Notes under the pieces: generated by a model
Seen by the model: only the letters and a program-made list of their open reading frames with translations
Databases searched by the model: none
Told to the model about the DNA's origin: nothing
Shown: positions 1 through 9,282 of the stretch, piece by piece
Position numbering within the stretch: the stretch's first letter is position 1
Layout: each line of letters starts with the position of its first letter
From: an uncultured Pseudomonadales bacterium
GTDB taxonomy: Bacteria; Pseudomonadota; Gammaproteobacteria; Pseudomonadales; Azotimanducaceae
Direction of reading: 5' to 3'
Assembly: GCA_958296295.1 (NCBI GenBank)
Contig: OY282460.1
Location: 3,330,291-3,394,290 of the forward strand
DNA: 64,000 nt
Made by a program: the position numbers and the translations under genes

Positions 1-2
1 AC

Positions 3-464
3 TTGGGCGTCGTGCAGCCCGGCTTGCCCTTGACGGCGCAGAGCGTGGCGTTCCCGGATCGCGCCTTCCCCGCCAAGGTGGAGACGGTGGGTTCGCGGGT
101 CAATCCGGTCACCCGCGCCGTGCTGGTGCGGGCGTTGATCGAGAACGCCAATCTGCTGTTGCGGCCGGGCATGTTGATGACCGTGAGGCTCACCATCGCG
201 AGCCGCGAGGCGCTGACCGTGCCGGAAACGGCGCTGCTGCAGCGCGGCGGCCAAACCTTCGTGTACACGCTCGGCGAGGACCGGCGGGCGACGATGACCG
301 CCATCGACATGGGCGCGAGGCGCGGCGGCTGGATCGAGGTGCGCTCCGGCCTCGCCTTGGGAACCCAGGTGATCACGGAGGGCGTGCTGAAGGTGCGCGA
401 CGGTGCGCCGGTGCGTTTGGCCGGCGCCGAGGCCGGCGCCGGCAACGCTGGCGCGCGCGGCTAG
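3..464 (+). CDS. RND efflux membrane-fusion (periplasmic adaptor) protein, C-terminal part; 5' end lies outside the window
   Basis: ORF is open to the window edge. C-terminal barrel-type sequence (..VRALIENANLLLRPGMLMTVRL..ALTVPETALLQRGGQTFVYTL..IEVRSGLALGTQVITEG) is typical of HlyD/AcrA-family adaptors. An RND permease follows immediately. Confidence 0.8.
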   Translation: MGVVQPGLPLTAQSVAFPDRAFPAKVETVGSRVNPVTRAVLVRALIENANLLLRPGMLMTVRLTIASREALTVPETALLQRGGQTFVYTLGEDRRATMTAIDMGARRGGWIEVRSGLALGTQVITEGVLKVRDGAPVRLAGAEAGAGNAGARG

Positions 465-471
465 ACCCGTC

Positions 472-3400
472 ATGTGGCTATCCGACGTATCCGTTAAACG
501 CCCCGTCTTCGCCACGGTGATCAGCCTGACGCTGGTGGCGTTCGGCATCCTCTCCTTCACCGTGCTGCCGCTGCGCGAATACCCGGACATCACGCCGCCG
601 GTGGTGTCCGTCAGCACCGCCTACCCCGGCGCCTCGAACGATGTGGTGGAATCCCGCGTCACCGCCCTCGTTGAAGATCAGATCAGCGGCATCGAGGGCA
701 TCAAGTCCATCCGCTCGTCGAGTCGCGACGGCGGCTCGTACATCAATGTCGAGTTCGACTTGGACCGCGACATCGATTCCGCCGCCAACGACGTGCGCGA
801 CCGCGTCTCCCGCGTGAACCGGTGGCTGCCGGAGGACGCAAGCCCGCCTGAGGTGCGCAAACAGGATTCGGATGCCCGCCCGGTGATGTACATCAACGTG
901 GTCAGCGAGCAGCTCAGCCGCATGGATCTGACCGACTACACGGATCGCTACATCGGGGATCGCTTCGCCGTGATTCCCGGCGTCGCCAACGCCGGCGTGT
1001 ACGGCGCCCGGCCGGCGATGCGCATCTGGATCGATCGCCTGGCCTTGGCGGCGCGCAACTTGACGGTCACGGACATCCAAGCGGCACTGCGTCGGGAGAA
1101 CCTGGAACTGCCGGCCGGGCGCATCGAAACCGCAACGCGGGAGCTCACGGTGCGCATCGCGCGCGGCTTCGAGAGCGCGGAGGACTTCCGCGAACTGGTC
1201 ATCACGCGTGGCGACGACGGCCACCTGGTGCGCCTGGGCGAGGTGGCCGAGGTGGAAGTGGCGCCGCGGGACCAACGATCGATCTACCGCGCCAACGCGC
1301 TGCCGACGGTGAGCATCGGCATCATCAAGCAGTCCACGGCGAACACTCTCGAAACGCTGGAGGCGGTGAAGGCCGAGATCGCGCGCCTGAACGAGACGCT
1401 GCCGGAGCACATCACGCTCTCCACCGGCTCCGACGACTCGGTGTTCATCCGCGAAGCGATCAACTCGGTGTACCGCACCATAGCCGTCACCATCGTGCTG
1501 GTGAGCCTCGTGATCCTCGCCTTCCTGGGGTCGCTGCGCACCATGGCCATTCCAGCGGTCACCATCCCGATCTGCCTCGTCTCCGCGTTCATCGCCTTGG
1601 CGGCGTTCGGCTTCACCGTGAACCTGATCACGCTGCTCGCGCTGGTGCTCTCCATCGGCTTGGTGGTGGACGACGCCATCGTCGTCCTCGAGAACATCCA
1701 CCGCCGCATCGAGGAGGGCGAGCCGCCGCTGGTGGCGTCCTTCAACGGCGCCCGGCAAGTGGCCTTCGCGGTGGTCGCCACGACCGCGGTGCTGGTGGCG
1801 GTGTTCACGCCGATCATGTTCCTCACCGACAACATAGGCGTGATTTTCGGCGAACTGGCGGTGACCATCGCCGCCGCGGTGGTGTTCTCCAGCGTGCTGG
1901 CGCTGTCGTTGACGCCGGTGATGTGCTCGAAACTGTTGCGCCAACGCGGCAAGGAGAACCGCGTCTCGCGCGGCATCGACCGTGGCTTCAATTGGCTGCG
2001 CGCACGCTATTGCGCCGTGCTGCGGGTGCTGATTAGAAACGGCTGGGTTGCGGTGCTGGTGGCGGTGGGCACGCTCGGCGCCGCGTATTGGCTGCTGCAG
2101 GTGGTGCCGCAAGAGTACGCGCCGCAGGAGGATCAGGGTTCGTTCATGGCGATGGTCTCCGGCGCCGAGGGCTTGGGCATAGAACGCATGAAGCGCGAAG
2201 CGCTGAAGCTGGAAGTGCCGGCGATGCAGATGGTGGACGAAGGCATCGCGGACGTCGTGGTGCTGGCGGTTCCCGGTTGGGGCGGCAACGCCTCGAACAG
2301 CGGCGTGATCATGATGACCATGAAGCCGTGGCGGGAGCGAACGGTCAGCACGGCGCAGGCGGCGGCTCGGGTCAACGCGGCGTGGCAAACCGTGCCGGGC
2401 GTGCGCGCCTTCGCCTTCATGCGTTCCGGGCTATCCCGCAAGGGCGGCGGCCAGCCGGTGCAATTCGTGCTCGGCGGCCCGGACTACGAGACGCTGGCGG
2501 ATTGGCGCGACGAGATACTGGTGCGCGCCCGCGAGTTCCCCGGTCTCACGCGCATCGACAGCAACCTCCGGGAGACCCAGCCGCAAGCCATCGTGCGCAT
2601 CGACAAGAACCGCGCCGCGGCGCTTGGCGTGTCGGTGCAGAACATCGGCCGCACTCTTTCCGCGATGATGAGCGAGCAGCGCATCACCACCTATGTGAAG
2701 GATGGCGAGGAGTACGACGTGATCCTCCAGGCCAAGGACGACCAGCGCGCCTCCCGCCAGGACTTGACGAACATCCATGTGCGTTCGGAGCGCACCGGCG
2801 AACTGATCCCGCTGGCGAATCTGGTGCGTGTGGAGGAGCGCGCCGGGCCCGGCACGCTGAACCGCTACAACCGCCTGCGCTCCGTGACCATCTCCGCCAG
2901 CCTCGCCCCCGGCGTGGCGCTCGGCGACGCGCTGGAGTTCTTGGAGCGCGTGGTGCGCGAATCGTTCCCCGACGAGGCGCGCATCGATTACGAGGGCGAG
3001 TCGTTGGAGTACAAGGAATCGTCCAGCGCCGTGTTGTTCACCTTCGGCCTCGCGCTGTTGATCGTGTTCCTGGTGCTGGCGGCGCAGTTCGAGAGCTTCG
3101 TGCATCCGCTGGTGATCCTGGTGACCGTGCCGCTGGCCGTTACCGGCGCCCTGCTCGGCCTTCATCTGACGGACTCGACGATCAACATCTACAGCCAGAT
3201 CGGCATCGTCATGCTGATCGGCATTGCCGCCAAGAACGGCGTGCTGATCGTCGAGTTCATCAATCAGCTAAGAGACGCCGGGCGCCCTTTCGAGGATGCC
3301 GTCGTCTGGGCGTCCGGCATCCGCCTGCGCCCGGTGGTGATGACGACGATCTCCACGGTGATGGGCTCCATCCCGCTGATCTTGGCCGCCGGGGCGGGTT

Positions 3401-3573
3401 CGGAGAGCCGCACCGTGCTCGGCATCGTGGTGTTCTCCGGCGTGACCCTGGCGACGCTGCTGACGCTGTTCGTCGTGCCATCCTTCTACGCGCTCTTGGC
3501 CCGACGCACCGGTTCGCCACAAGCGGTGGCGAGAACGCTGGAGCGGCTGATGGCTGGCGTGGCGAGGCGCTAG
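472..3573 (+). CDS. RND (AcrB/MdtB-type) efflux permease
   Basis: About 1030-aa ORF. N-terminus MWLSDVSVKRPVFATVISL.. and 12-TM architecture with two large periplasmic loops. ATG at 472 chosen over the track start at 403 because homologues begin at this motif. TAG stop at 3571-3573. Confidence 0.9.
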   Translation: MWLSDVSVKRPVFATVISLTLVAFGILSFTVLPLREYPDITPPVVSVSTAYPGASNDVVESRVTALVEDQISGIEGIKSIRSSSRDGGSYINVEFDLDRDIDSAANDVRDRVSRVNRWLPEDASPPEVRKQDSDARPVMYINVVSEQLSRMDLTDYTDRYIGDRFAVIPGVANAGVYGARPAMRIWIDRLALAARNLTVTDIQAALRRENLELPAGRIETATRELTVRIARGFESAEDFRELVITRGDDGHLVRLGEVAEVEVAPRDQRSIYRANALPTVSIGIIKQSTANTLETLEAVKAEIARLNETLPEHITLSTGSDDSVFIREAINSVYRTIAVTIVLVSLVILAFLGSLRTMAIPAVTIPICLVSAFIALAAFGFTVNLITLLALVLSIGLVVDDAIVVLENIHRRIEEGEPPLVASFNGARQVAFAVVATTAVLVAVFTPIMFLTDNIGVIFGELAVTIAAAVVFSSVLALSLTPVMCSKLLRQRGKENRVSRGIDRGFNWLRARYCAVLRVLIRNGWVAVLVAVGTLGAAYWLLQVVPQEYAPQEDQGSFMAMVSGAEGLGIERMKREALKLEVPAMQMVDEGIADVVVLAVPGWGGNASNSGVIMMTMKPWRERTVSTAQAAARVNAAWQTVPGVRAFAFMRSGLSRKGGGQPVQFVLGGPDYETLADWRDEILVRAREFPGLTRIDSNLRETQPQAIVRIDKNRAAALGVSVQNIGRTLSAMMSEQRITTYVKDGEEYDVILQAKDDQRASRQDLTNIHVRSERTGELIPLANLVRVEERAGPGTLNRYNRLRSVTISASLAPGVALGDALEFLERVVRESFPDEARIDYEGESLEYKESSSAVLFTFGLALLIVFLVLAAQFESFVHPLVILVTVPLAVTGALLGLHLTDSTINIYSQIGIVMLIGIAAKNGVLIVEFINQLRDAGRPFEDAVVWASGIRLRPVVMTTISTVMGSIPLILAAGAGSESRTVLGIVVFSGVTLATLLTLFVVPSFYALLARRTGSPQAVARTLERLMAGVARR

Positions 3574-3640
3574 GAGTCTGCGCCGTAGAAGACGGCGCGG
3601 CCTCCTAGATGCCAACCGCACAGAAGCGAGATTGGCGACA

Positions 3641-3682
3641 GCAGTTTGCGAAGCAAACTGCCAACGCGCCCGTGAGGGCGCG
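3641..3682. terminator. Two adjacent GC-rich hairpins between the convergent RND and Fic genes (possible bidirectional terminator)
   Basis: GCAGTTTGC-GAA-GCAAACTGC (3641-3661) is a perfect 9-bp stem. CGCGCCC-GTGA-GGGCGCG (3665-3682) is a 7-bp stem. There is no clear U-tract, so the function is inferred. Confidence 0.45.
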
Positions 3683-3690
3683 CGTCGGCG

Positions 3691-4684
3691 CTACCGTTGG
3701 TCGTCCACCGGCGGCAGGTAGGTCGTGCCCACCGTGCGGCCGCCGTTGCCGTTCGGTCGGTTCATGTTGCCGGCGAGCGCTCGTTGGCCGAGTCTTACCG
3801 CCGCCCGCAAGCTGACCGTCGCCACGTCGGCCAGGTAATCGCTGAACGCTCTGAGGTCGCCAGTGTTGGCGGTCTCCAAAACGCCGATGTAGTCGCTTCG
3901 TCCGACCGCGGTGATGACCGGCGGCGGCTCGCCGCGGCGGATGAAGGCGTAGGCCATGAGCATCCGCGACACCCGGCCGTTGCCGTCCTGGAACGGGTGC
4001 GTGCGCACGAAACGGTGGTGCATCCACGCCGCTTCCACGTACACCGGGTAGCGTTCGCGCTCCACCTCGGCGTGCAGGGCGAAGAAGCGGTCCATCTCGT
4101 CCTGCACCAGCTCCGGCGGGCAGTATTCGTGCATCACGCCATCCGGCCGGCGCGGGTTGTTGGGGCGGTTTTTCCAGACGCCCTTGCGGCGGAACGGCAC
4201 CCGCACCCGGCGGCCGTCGGCGGTCAGGCCGGCGACCGTCTCCTGATGCCGCGTCACCAGCTGGTGCCATGTTCTCACCGCGTGCCGCGTGAGGGGCCGG
4301 CCGCTGGCCACGTCCTCGAACAGCATGTTGTAGGCCGTCTCCTGATCCGCGAGCAGGCCCTTGATGGTGCGGTCCTCGACGTTCTCCACCGTGTGCGAAC
4401 GCACTGCGCCGGCGAGGCCCTCGGCGACGAGTCGCTCGGTGATGCCCGCCTTGAGGGTGTAGAGGCCCTCGATCTGGCCGGTCTCGATGGCGAACGCCCG
4501 GCCGCGCTCCTCCAGCCACTTGTCGAGGAAGGCGCGGGGTTCGTCGCGGTCTTTCAGACTGGCGCGGATGGACGCCCACTCTTCGCTGAGCTCCGCGTAG
4601 CCCGGCACCAGCCACCCGCGGGCCGTCGGGCATGCCGGTAAGCGGGCGCCAGATTTCCGAGGGTTGTTGGTTCGGGAGGCGCAT
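3691..4684 (-). CDS. Fic-domain protein, copy 1 (class II type); 5' end frame-disrupted relative to copy 2
   Basis: Fic motif HPFQDGNGRVSR and N-terminal inhibitory-helix motif TGQIEG ([ST]xxxE[GN]). Nearly identical to 10483-11478. A 2-bp deletion near 4623/4624 puts the homologous start (ATG at 4684) and the first ~20 codons out of frame. The longest in-frame ORF runs on to 4914. Confidence 0.75.
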
Positions 4685-4695
4685 GGCGACCCTCC
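3691..4695. repeat. Direct repeat copy A (~1 kb, Fic gene plus leader)
   Basis: Aligns by eye with 10483-11489, offset 6792. The core 3831-4695 differs at about eight positions plus one 2-bp indel. Confidence 0.9.
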
Positions 4696-4887
4696 GAGGG
4701 CTGCGCGTGGCAGCAGGCAATGCGCGGAAGCCCTGCGCGAACGGAGGGATTGTACGCCTGAATCGCCCTTGTCGTCGTGTGCCGTTGGCGCTTCCGGCGC
4801 TTCCCAAGAGCGAATCAGGTCGAAATCAGCCACCCGCCAGTTCCATAAAGCGCCGGTATTCATCTTTCGGCGCACTGATCTCGCGCA

Positions 4888-4907
4888 GATCATTATTGAA
4901 AATAGAT
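4888..4907. promoter_or_regulatory. AT-rich Fur-box-like element upstream of the TonB-dependent receptor
   Basis: GATCATTATTGAAAATAGAT is an isolated AT-rich stretch in GC-rich DNA, about 70 nt upstream of the receptor ATG. Its reverse complement contains AATAATGATC, resembling a GATAATGAT half-site. The full 19-mer match is only partial. Confidence 0.3.
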
Positions 4908-4977
4908 GTGACAACCACTTGCATTTGCGTTACTGTTTGCATCTGCGAACGGCATATTGGGCACATAGGAGGCAGCC

Positions 4978-7203
4978 ATGCAGCGCCAATGCAAACCGAG
5001 GATGGTGACGGTCGGACATCTCTTCGCCTTCGCGGTCGTCGCGCCACTGGCGCACGCCGGCGAAGCGGAAGAGGTCGAGGCCGAAGAGATCGTCACTGTT
5101 GTCGCCACGCGCACCGAGCGCCCGGTGGACGATGTGGCCGCCACCGTCAGCGTTGCCACGGCCGAGCAGATCGAGAAGCAATTGGTGCGCGACATCGCCG
5201 ATCTCGCTCGATTCGAGCCTGGGGTCGCGGTCGGCGGCACCGGCAGCCGTTTCGGACTGTCGGGGTTCAGCATCCGCGGCATCGGCGGCAATCGCGTGCT
5301 GACGCTGATCGACGGCGTGCGGGTGCCGGACGAGTTCACGTTCGGGCCATTCTTGAGCGCTCGGCGCGACTTCGTGGACGTCGACAGCTTGAACCGCGCC
5401 GAGATCGCGCGCGGGCCCATCTCCTCGCTGTACGGCAGCGATGCTCTGGGCGGCGTCGTGGCGCTGCGAACCAAAACGCCGCAGGACTACCTGGGCGAAC
5501 GCAATGTAGCCGCCGGCTTCAAAGGTGGCTATTCCAGCGCCGACGAAAGCACTGTCGGAACGCTCAATCTGGCGCTTGGCCCGCAAGCGCTATCCGGGCT
5601 GACCGGGCTGATCGTCTATACCCGCCGAGACGGTGGCGAAACCGAAAACATGGGCGTGGTCGACGGCACTGGGCCGCTGCGGGAGCAGCCGGATCCGCAG
5701 CAAGCCGGCCTCGACAATCTGACTGTGAGGGTGGCCTTCGATTCGGCAGACCACACCGTCACTCTGGGTGCCGATCGGTATAGCGCTGAAACTGATACGC
5801 GTATTCTTTCGGATCACGGCAGCATCGTATTCGGCACGACTGTGAACCAACGCGATGCCGACGACAGCCGCGACCGCCAGCGCCTCTCGCTTGGCTACCG
5901 CTATCGCGGCGCATTGCCGTTCGCAACCGACATCCAAGCGACCCTCTACGGTCAGCGTTCCGAAACGACGCAACGGACGTTCGAGCGCCGCACCACGCCA
6001 GCGCGCATGGCGCAGACCCGCCACCGAACCTCTCTCTACGAGCAGGAAGTGCGCGGTGCGAACGTGCAGTTGCACAAGCCGTTCGTTCTCGGCGATTCCA
6101 GCCACCACGTTGTCTACGGCGTCGACTACACCGTCACGGACAGCGCATCGTTGCGCAACGGCGGCACGTTCGACGCCGACGGGCAGCCGGTGCGCGAGTT
6201 CACGCGCCTGCCAACGCGAGATTTTCCGCGCACGGAGGTCACGCAGTTCGCGCTTTTCCTGCAGGACGAGATCGCGTTCCTGGATGGCGCCCTGCTGCTT
6301 TCGCCAGGCCTGCGCTTCGACGACTTCAGCGCGAAGGCCGCCGCCGACCACGTCTACTTCGCCGGCAATCCAGGCACCCCGCCGCCGGAGGACTACGCAG
6401 ACACAGTGCTGAACGCCAAGCTCGGCGCGCTGTACTCGTTTTCGGAGCGCTTGTCGGCCTATGTCCGCTACAGCGAGGGGTATCGCGCGCCGCCCTACGA
6501 CGACGTCAACGTAGGGTTCGGCAACTTTCTCGGCGGCTACAAGACCATCAGCAATGCGCAGCTCGAGTCCGAACGCAGCCGGGGCATCGAAGTGGGCGTG
6601 CGGTACCGGCACGGCGGCGGCAATTTGCGCTTGGCCGCATTTCGCAATCGCTACGCGAACTTCATTGATTCGGTCGCCATCGCGCCGCGGTTTCTCGCCA
6701 GCGGCGGCATCGATCCAGCGGACGGGCTGCGCACTTTCCAGTCCGTGAACCGTGCCGACGTCACCATTGACGGAGTGGAGGTCGGCGGTGGCGTCGAGCT
6801 CGGCGCCGGCTGGTCTGTCCGCGTCGCAGCCGCCTACGCGAAGGGCGAAGACCGGGGTACGGACGCGCCGCTCAACAGCATCGAACCCGTGAGCGCAGTG
6901 TTCAGCATCGGCTACGTGCGCGAACGTTGGGGAGTGGACGCCATTTGGACGCTCGCCGGCGCCAAAGACTTGGCCGACATCGACAGTTCGGATCCGCGTC
7001 CTCCGGCGTCTGGCTACGGCATCGTCGATTTGCTGGCGCATGCTCGAGTCGGCGATCGCGTCCAAGTAGACGTCGGTCTCTTCAACATCACCGACAAGAC
7101 CTACCTGCGCTGGGCGGACAGCGCGGGGATCGGCGCGGACGCGCCACTGCGCTTTACGCAGCCGGGCTTCAACTTCGGCGCGACGCTGCGCGTGGGCTTG
7201 TAG
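4978..7203 (+). CDS. TonB-dependent outer-membrane receptor, probably heme/hemoglobin type
   Basis: AGGAGG Shine-Dalgarno before the ATG, a signal peptide, and plug-domain motifs (IVTVVATRTERPV.., FSIRGIGGNRVLTLIDGVRVPDEF). The C-terminal beta-barrel ends ..FNFGATLRVGL. Heme specificity is inferred from the adjacent HmuTUV-like genes. Confidence 0.85.
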   Translation: MQRQCKPRMVTVGHLFAFAVVAPLAHAGEAEEVEAEEIVTVVATRTERPVDDVAATVSVATAEQIEKQLVRDIADLARFEPGVAVGGTGSRFGLSGFSIRGIGGNRVLTLIDGVRVPDEFTFGPFLSARRDFVDVDSLNRAEIARGPISSLYGSDALGGVVALRTKTPQDYLGERNVAAGFKGGYSSADESTVGTLNLALGPQALSGLTGLIVYTRRDGGETENMGVVDGTGPLREQPDPQQAGLDNLTVRVAFDSADHTVTLGADRYSAETDTRILSDHGSIVFGTTVNQRDADDSRDRQRLSLGYRYRGALPFATDIQATLYGQRSETTQRTFERRTTPARMAQTRHRTSLYEQEVRGANVQLHKPFVLGDSSHHVVYGVDYTVTDSASLRNGGTFDADGQPVREFTRLPTRDFPRTEVTQFALFLQDEIAFLDGALLLSPGLRFDDFSAKAAADHVYFAGNPGTPPPEDYADTVLNAKLGALYSFSERLSAYVRYSEGYRAPPYDDVNVGFGNFLGGYKTISNAQLESERSRGIEVGVRYRHGGGNLRLAAFRNRYANFIDSVAIAPRFLASGGIDPADGLRTFQSVNRADVTIDGVEVGGGVELGAGWSVRVAAAYAKGEDRGTDAPLNSIEPVSAVFSIGYVRERWGVDAIWTLAGAKDLADIDSSDPRPPASGYGIVDLLAHARVGDRVQVDVGLFNITDKTYLRWADSAGIGADAPLRFTQPGFNFGATLRVGL

Positions 7204-7207
7204 TCCG

Positions 7208-8134
7208 ATGCGAGTGCTTGCAATGGCGGCTGTCTGGGCGCTTGGTTTGCCGTGTACGCTCGGCTGGCCGTGCGTACACGCTTGCGAGAGCGTTGCCGAC
7301 AGTTCGCGCATTGCCGTGGCTGGCGGGTCGCTCACCGAGATCATCTACTTTCTCGGCGCCGGGCAACGGCTGGTGGCGGTGGACACCACCTCCAACTATC
7401 CAGCCGCGGCGCAAGAACTGCCTTCCATCGGCTACGTCCGCGCCCTCTCCTCGGAGGGCCTGTTGTCGCTCAATCCAACGCTCGTGCTTGGCGAACACGA
7501 CATGGGGCCGGCGGAGGTTGTCGCCTCGTTGCAGGCGACTGGGCTGCCGATAGTTCATGTGCCGGAAACGCCGAGCGCGTCCGGCATTGTCGCCAAAGTG
7601 CGCTGCGTCGCGGCTGTGTTGGGCTTGTCCGAGCATGCCGAAGCACTGATCGAAGCGCGTTTGCAGCCGCTGCTGCAGGCGCTTGCCGAGTTGCCCGCCG
7701 GGCGCGGGGATCGAGCGCCGGTGCGAGCCGTGGTGCTGCTCGGCATCCGTGACGGCGCGCCGATCGGCGCCGGTGCGGGCACGTCGGCGCACGGCCTCCT
7801 GGAGATGGCGGGCGCTCGCAACGCGCTGACGGATTTCCAAGGCTGGAAGCCGGTCGCCGTGGAATCGATGGCGGCTGCAAGGGCGGACTTCGTGGTCATG
7901 CCAAAACGCGGCGTAACGGCCGCCGGCGGCGTCGCCGAGGTTCTGCGCCATCCTGCCGTCGCCCTTGCCATTGCCGGACGCGGCCAGGATCGGCTGATTG
8001 TGATGGACGGCATGGAGATGCTGGGCTTCGGCCCGCGCACCCTGTCCGCCGCACTGCGGTTGGCCGAACTGCTGCACACGCAAACGCCGCCCGGTCGTGG
8101 TCGCCTTGCGCAAGGCGGTGAAGAGCAAGGCTAG
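7208..8134 (+). CDS. hmuT: Heme/hemin ABC transporter periplasmic substrate-binding protein
   Basis: ..RIAVAGGSLTEIIYFLGAGQRLVAVDTTSNYP..LPSIGYVRALSSEGLLSLNPTLVL.. matches the HmuT/ChuT class-III SBP pattern. Starts 5 nt after the receptor stop. Confidence 0.8.
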   Translation: MRVLAMAAVWALGLPCTLGWPCVHACESVADSSRIAVAGGSLTEIIYFLGAGQRLVAVDTTSNYPAAAQELPSIGYVRALSSEGLLSLNPTLVLGEHDMGPAEVVASLQATGLPIVHVPETPSASGIVAKVRCVAAVLGLSEHAEALIEARLQPLLQALAELPAGRGDRAPVRAVVLLGIRDGAPIGAGAGTSAHGLLEMAGARNALTDFQGWKPVAVESMAAARADFVVMPKRGVTAAGGVAEVLRHPAVALAIAGRGQDRLIVMDGMEMLGFGPRTLSAALRLAELLHTQTPPGRGRLAQGGEEQG

Positions 8135-8220
8135 GGCGTGCCAAAGCACGTATCCAACGTTCGCTCCGCTCCCATTGAACCAGGAGTCTGCGCCGTTTTT
8201 GTGGCACAGACTCCTATCCA

Positions 8221-9282
8221 ATGCGGATGTTAGTTTCGTCGGCGGCGACGCAGCCGCGCTGGCGTGGCACGGCGATGGCGCTGTTGGGATTCGGCGCGGC
8301 GGCAGCCGTTGCGCTCGGCCTGACATACGGTGCGATGTCCATTGGCATCGCGGGCTTGCTCGACGGCGATGCGTTGCAGCGCACCGTATTCGCCCACATC
8401 CGCGCGCCGCGCGTGGCGCTCGCCGGGCTGGTCGGCGCGGTGCTGGCGATTTCCGGCGCGACGTTGCAGGGGCTGTTCCGCAATCCGCTGGCCGATCCAG
8501 GCCTGATCGGCGTTTCCAGTGGTGCCGCGTTCGGTGCGGTGGCGCTGATCGTGCTCGGTTCCACGTTAACGGAGGCGGTGGGCAGTTTGCCGTTGTTCGC
8601 GCCGCTGTCGCTGAGGATGGACGCGCTGCCCTTCGCGGTGCCGGTGGCGGCCATGGTCGGCGCGGCGCTGGTGACGCTCTTCCTCTACGCTTTCTCCAAC
8701 CGCTACGGACAGTTCAACATCGTCACGATCGTCCTCGTGGGGATTGCCGTGAACGCGCTGGCTGGCGTTGGCATCGGCGCCTTCCAGTACTTGAGCGACG
8801 ATGCCGAGCTGCGCACGCTCACGTTCTGGATGATGGGCAGCTTCGGCAGTGCCCGCTGGTCCGCAGTGGGTCCGGCCGCCCTGCTCATGGTTGTGGCGGC
8901 GATGCCGCTGTTCTTCGCCGCAAGGGGTCTCGATCTGCTGCAGCTGGGCGAAGCCGAGGCGTTTCATCTGGGCATCGACGTGAAACGTCTCAAGCGCCGC
9001 GCGATCCTGTGTTCGGCGGCGGCGGTGGGCGCTGGCGTTGCTCTGGCGGGCATGATCGGGTTTGTCGGACTGGTAGTGCCGCATTTGGTGAGGCTGCTCA
9101 TCGGCGCCGCACACCGTTATGTGCTGCCAGGCGCCGTGCTGCTTGGCGCGACGTTGACGGTCCTAGCCGATCTGGTGGCGCGCACCTTGGTGGTGCCGGC
9201 GGAACTTCCCGTCGGCCTGGTCACCAGCGCTCTCGGTGCGCCGTTCTTCCTGTGGTTGATTGCCCGGGCACGCCCGCGATGA
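8221..9282 (+). CDS. hmuU: FecCD-family heme ABC transporter permease
   Basis: ..RAPRVALAGLVGAVLAISGATLQGLFRNPLADPGLIGVSSGAAFGAV.. is canonical FecCD/BtuC-type permease sequence. Confidence 0.85.
   Translation: MRMLVSSAATQPRWRGTAMALLGFGAAAAVALGLTYGAMSIGIAGLLDGDALQRTVFAHIRAPRVALAGLVGAVLAISGATLQGLFRNPLADPGLIGVSSGAAFGAVALIVLGSTLTEAVGSLPLFAPLSLRMDALPFAVPVAAMVGAALVTLFLYAFSNRYGQFNIVTIVLVGIAVNALAGVGIGAFQYLSDDAELRTLTFWMMGSFGSARWSAVGPAALLMVVAAMPLFFAARGLDLLQLGEAEAFHLGIDVKRLKRRAILCSAAAVGAGVALAGMIGFVGLVVPHLVRLLIGAAHRYVLPGAVLLGATLTVLADLVARTLVVPAELPVGLVTSALGAPFFLWLIARARPR

Noticed and set aside
478-2388. Long antisense ORFs opposite well-supported genes. Examples: 478-2388(-), 5590-7344(-), 15737-17215(+), 18961-20931(-), 22315-25737(+), 24134-26056(-), 40902-42944(-), 46362-48548(+).
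   Set aside because: Their translations are Arg/Ala/Gly/Pro-rich low-complexity strings with no recognisable motifs. They lie opposite ORFs with clear family signatures. This is a typical high-GC artefact.
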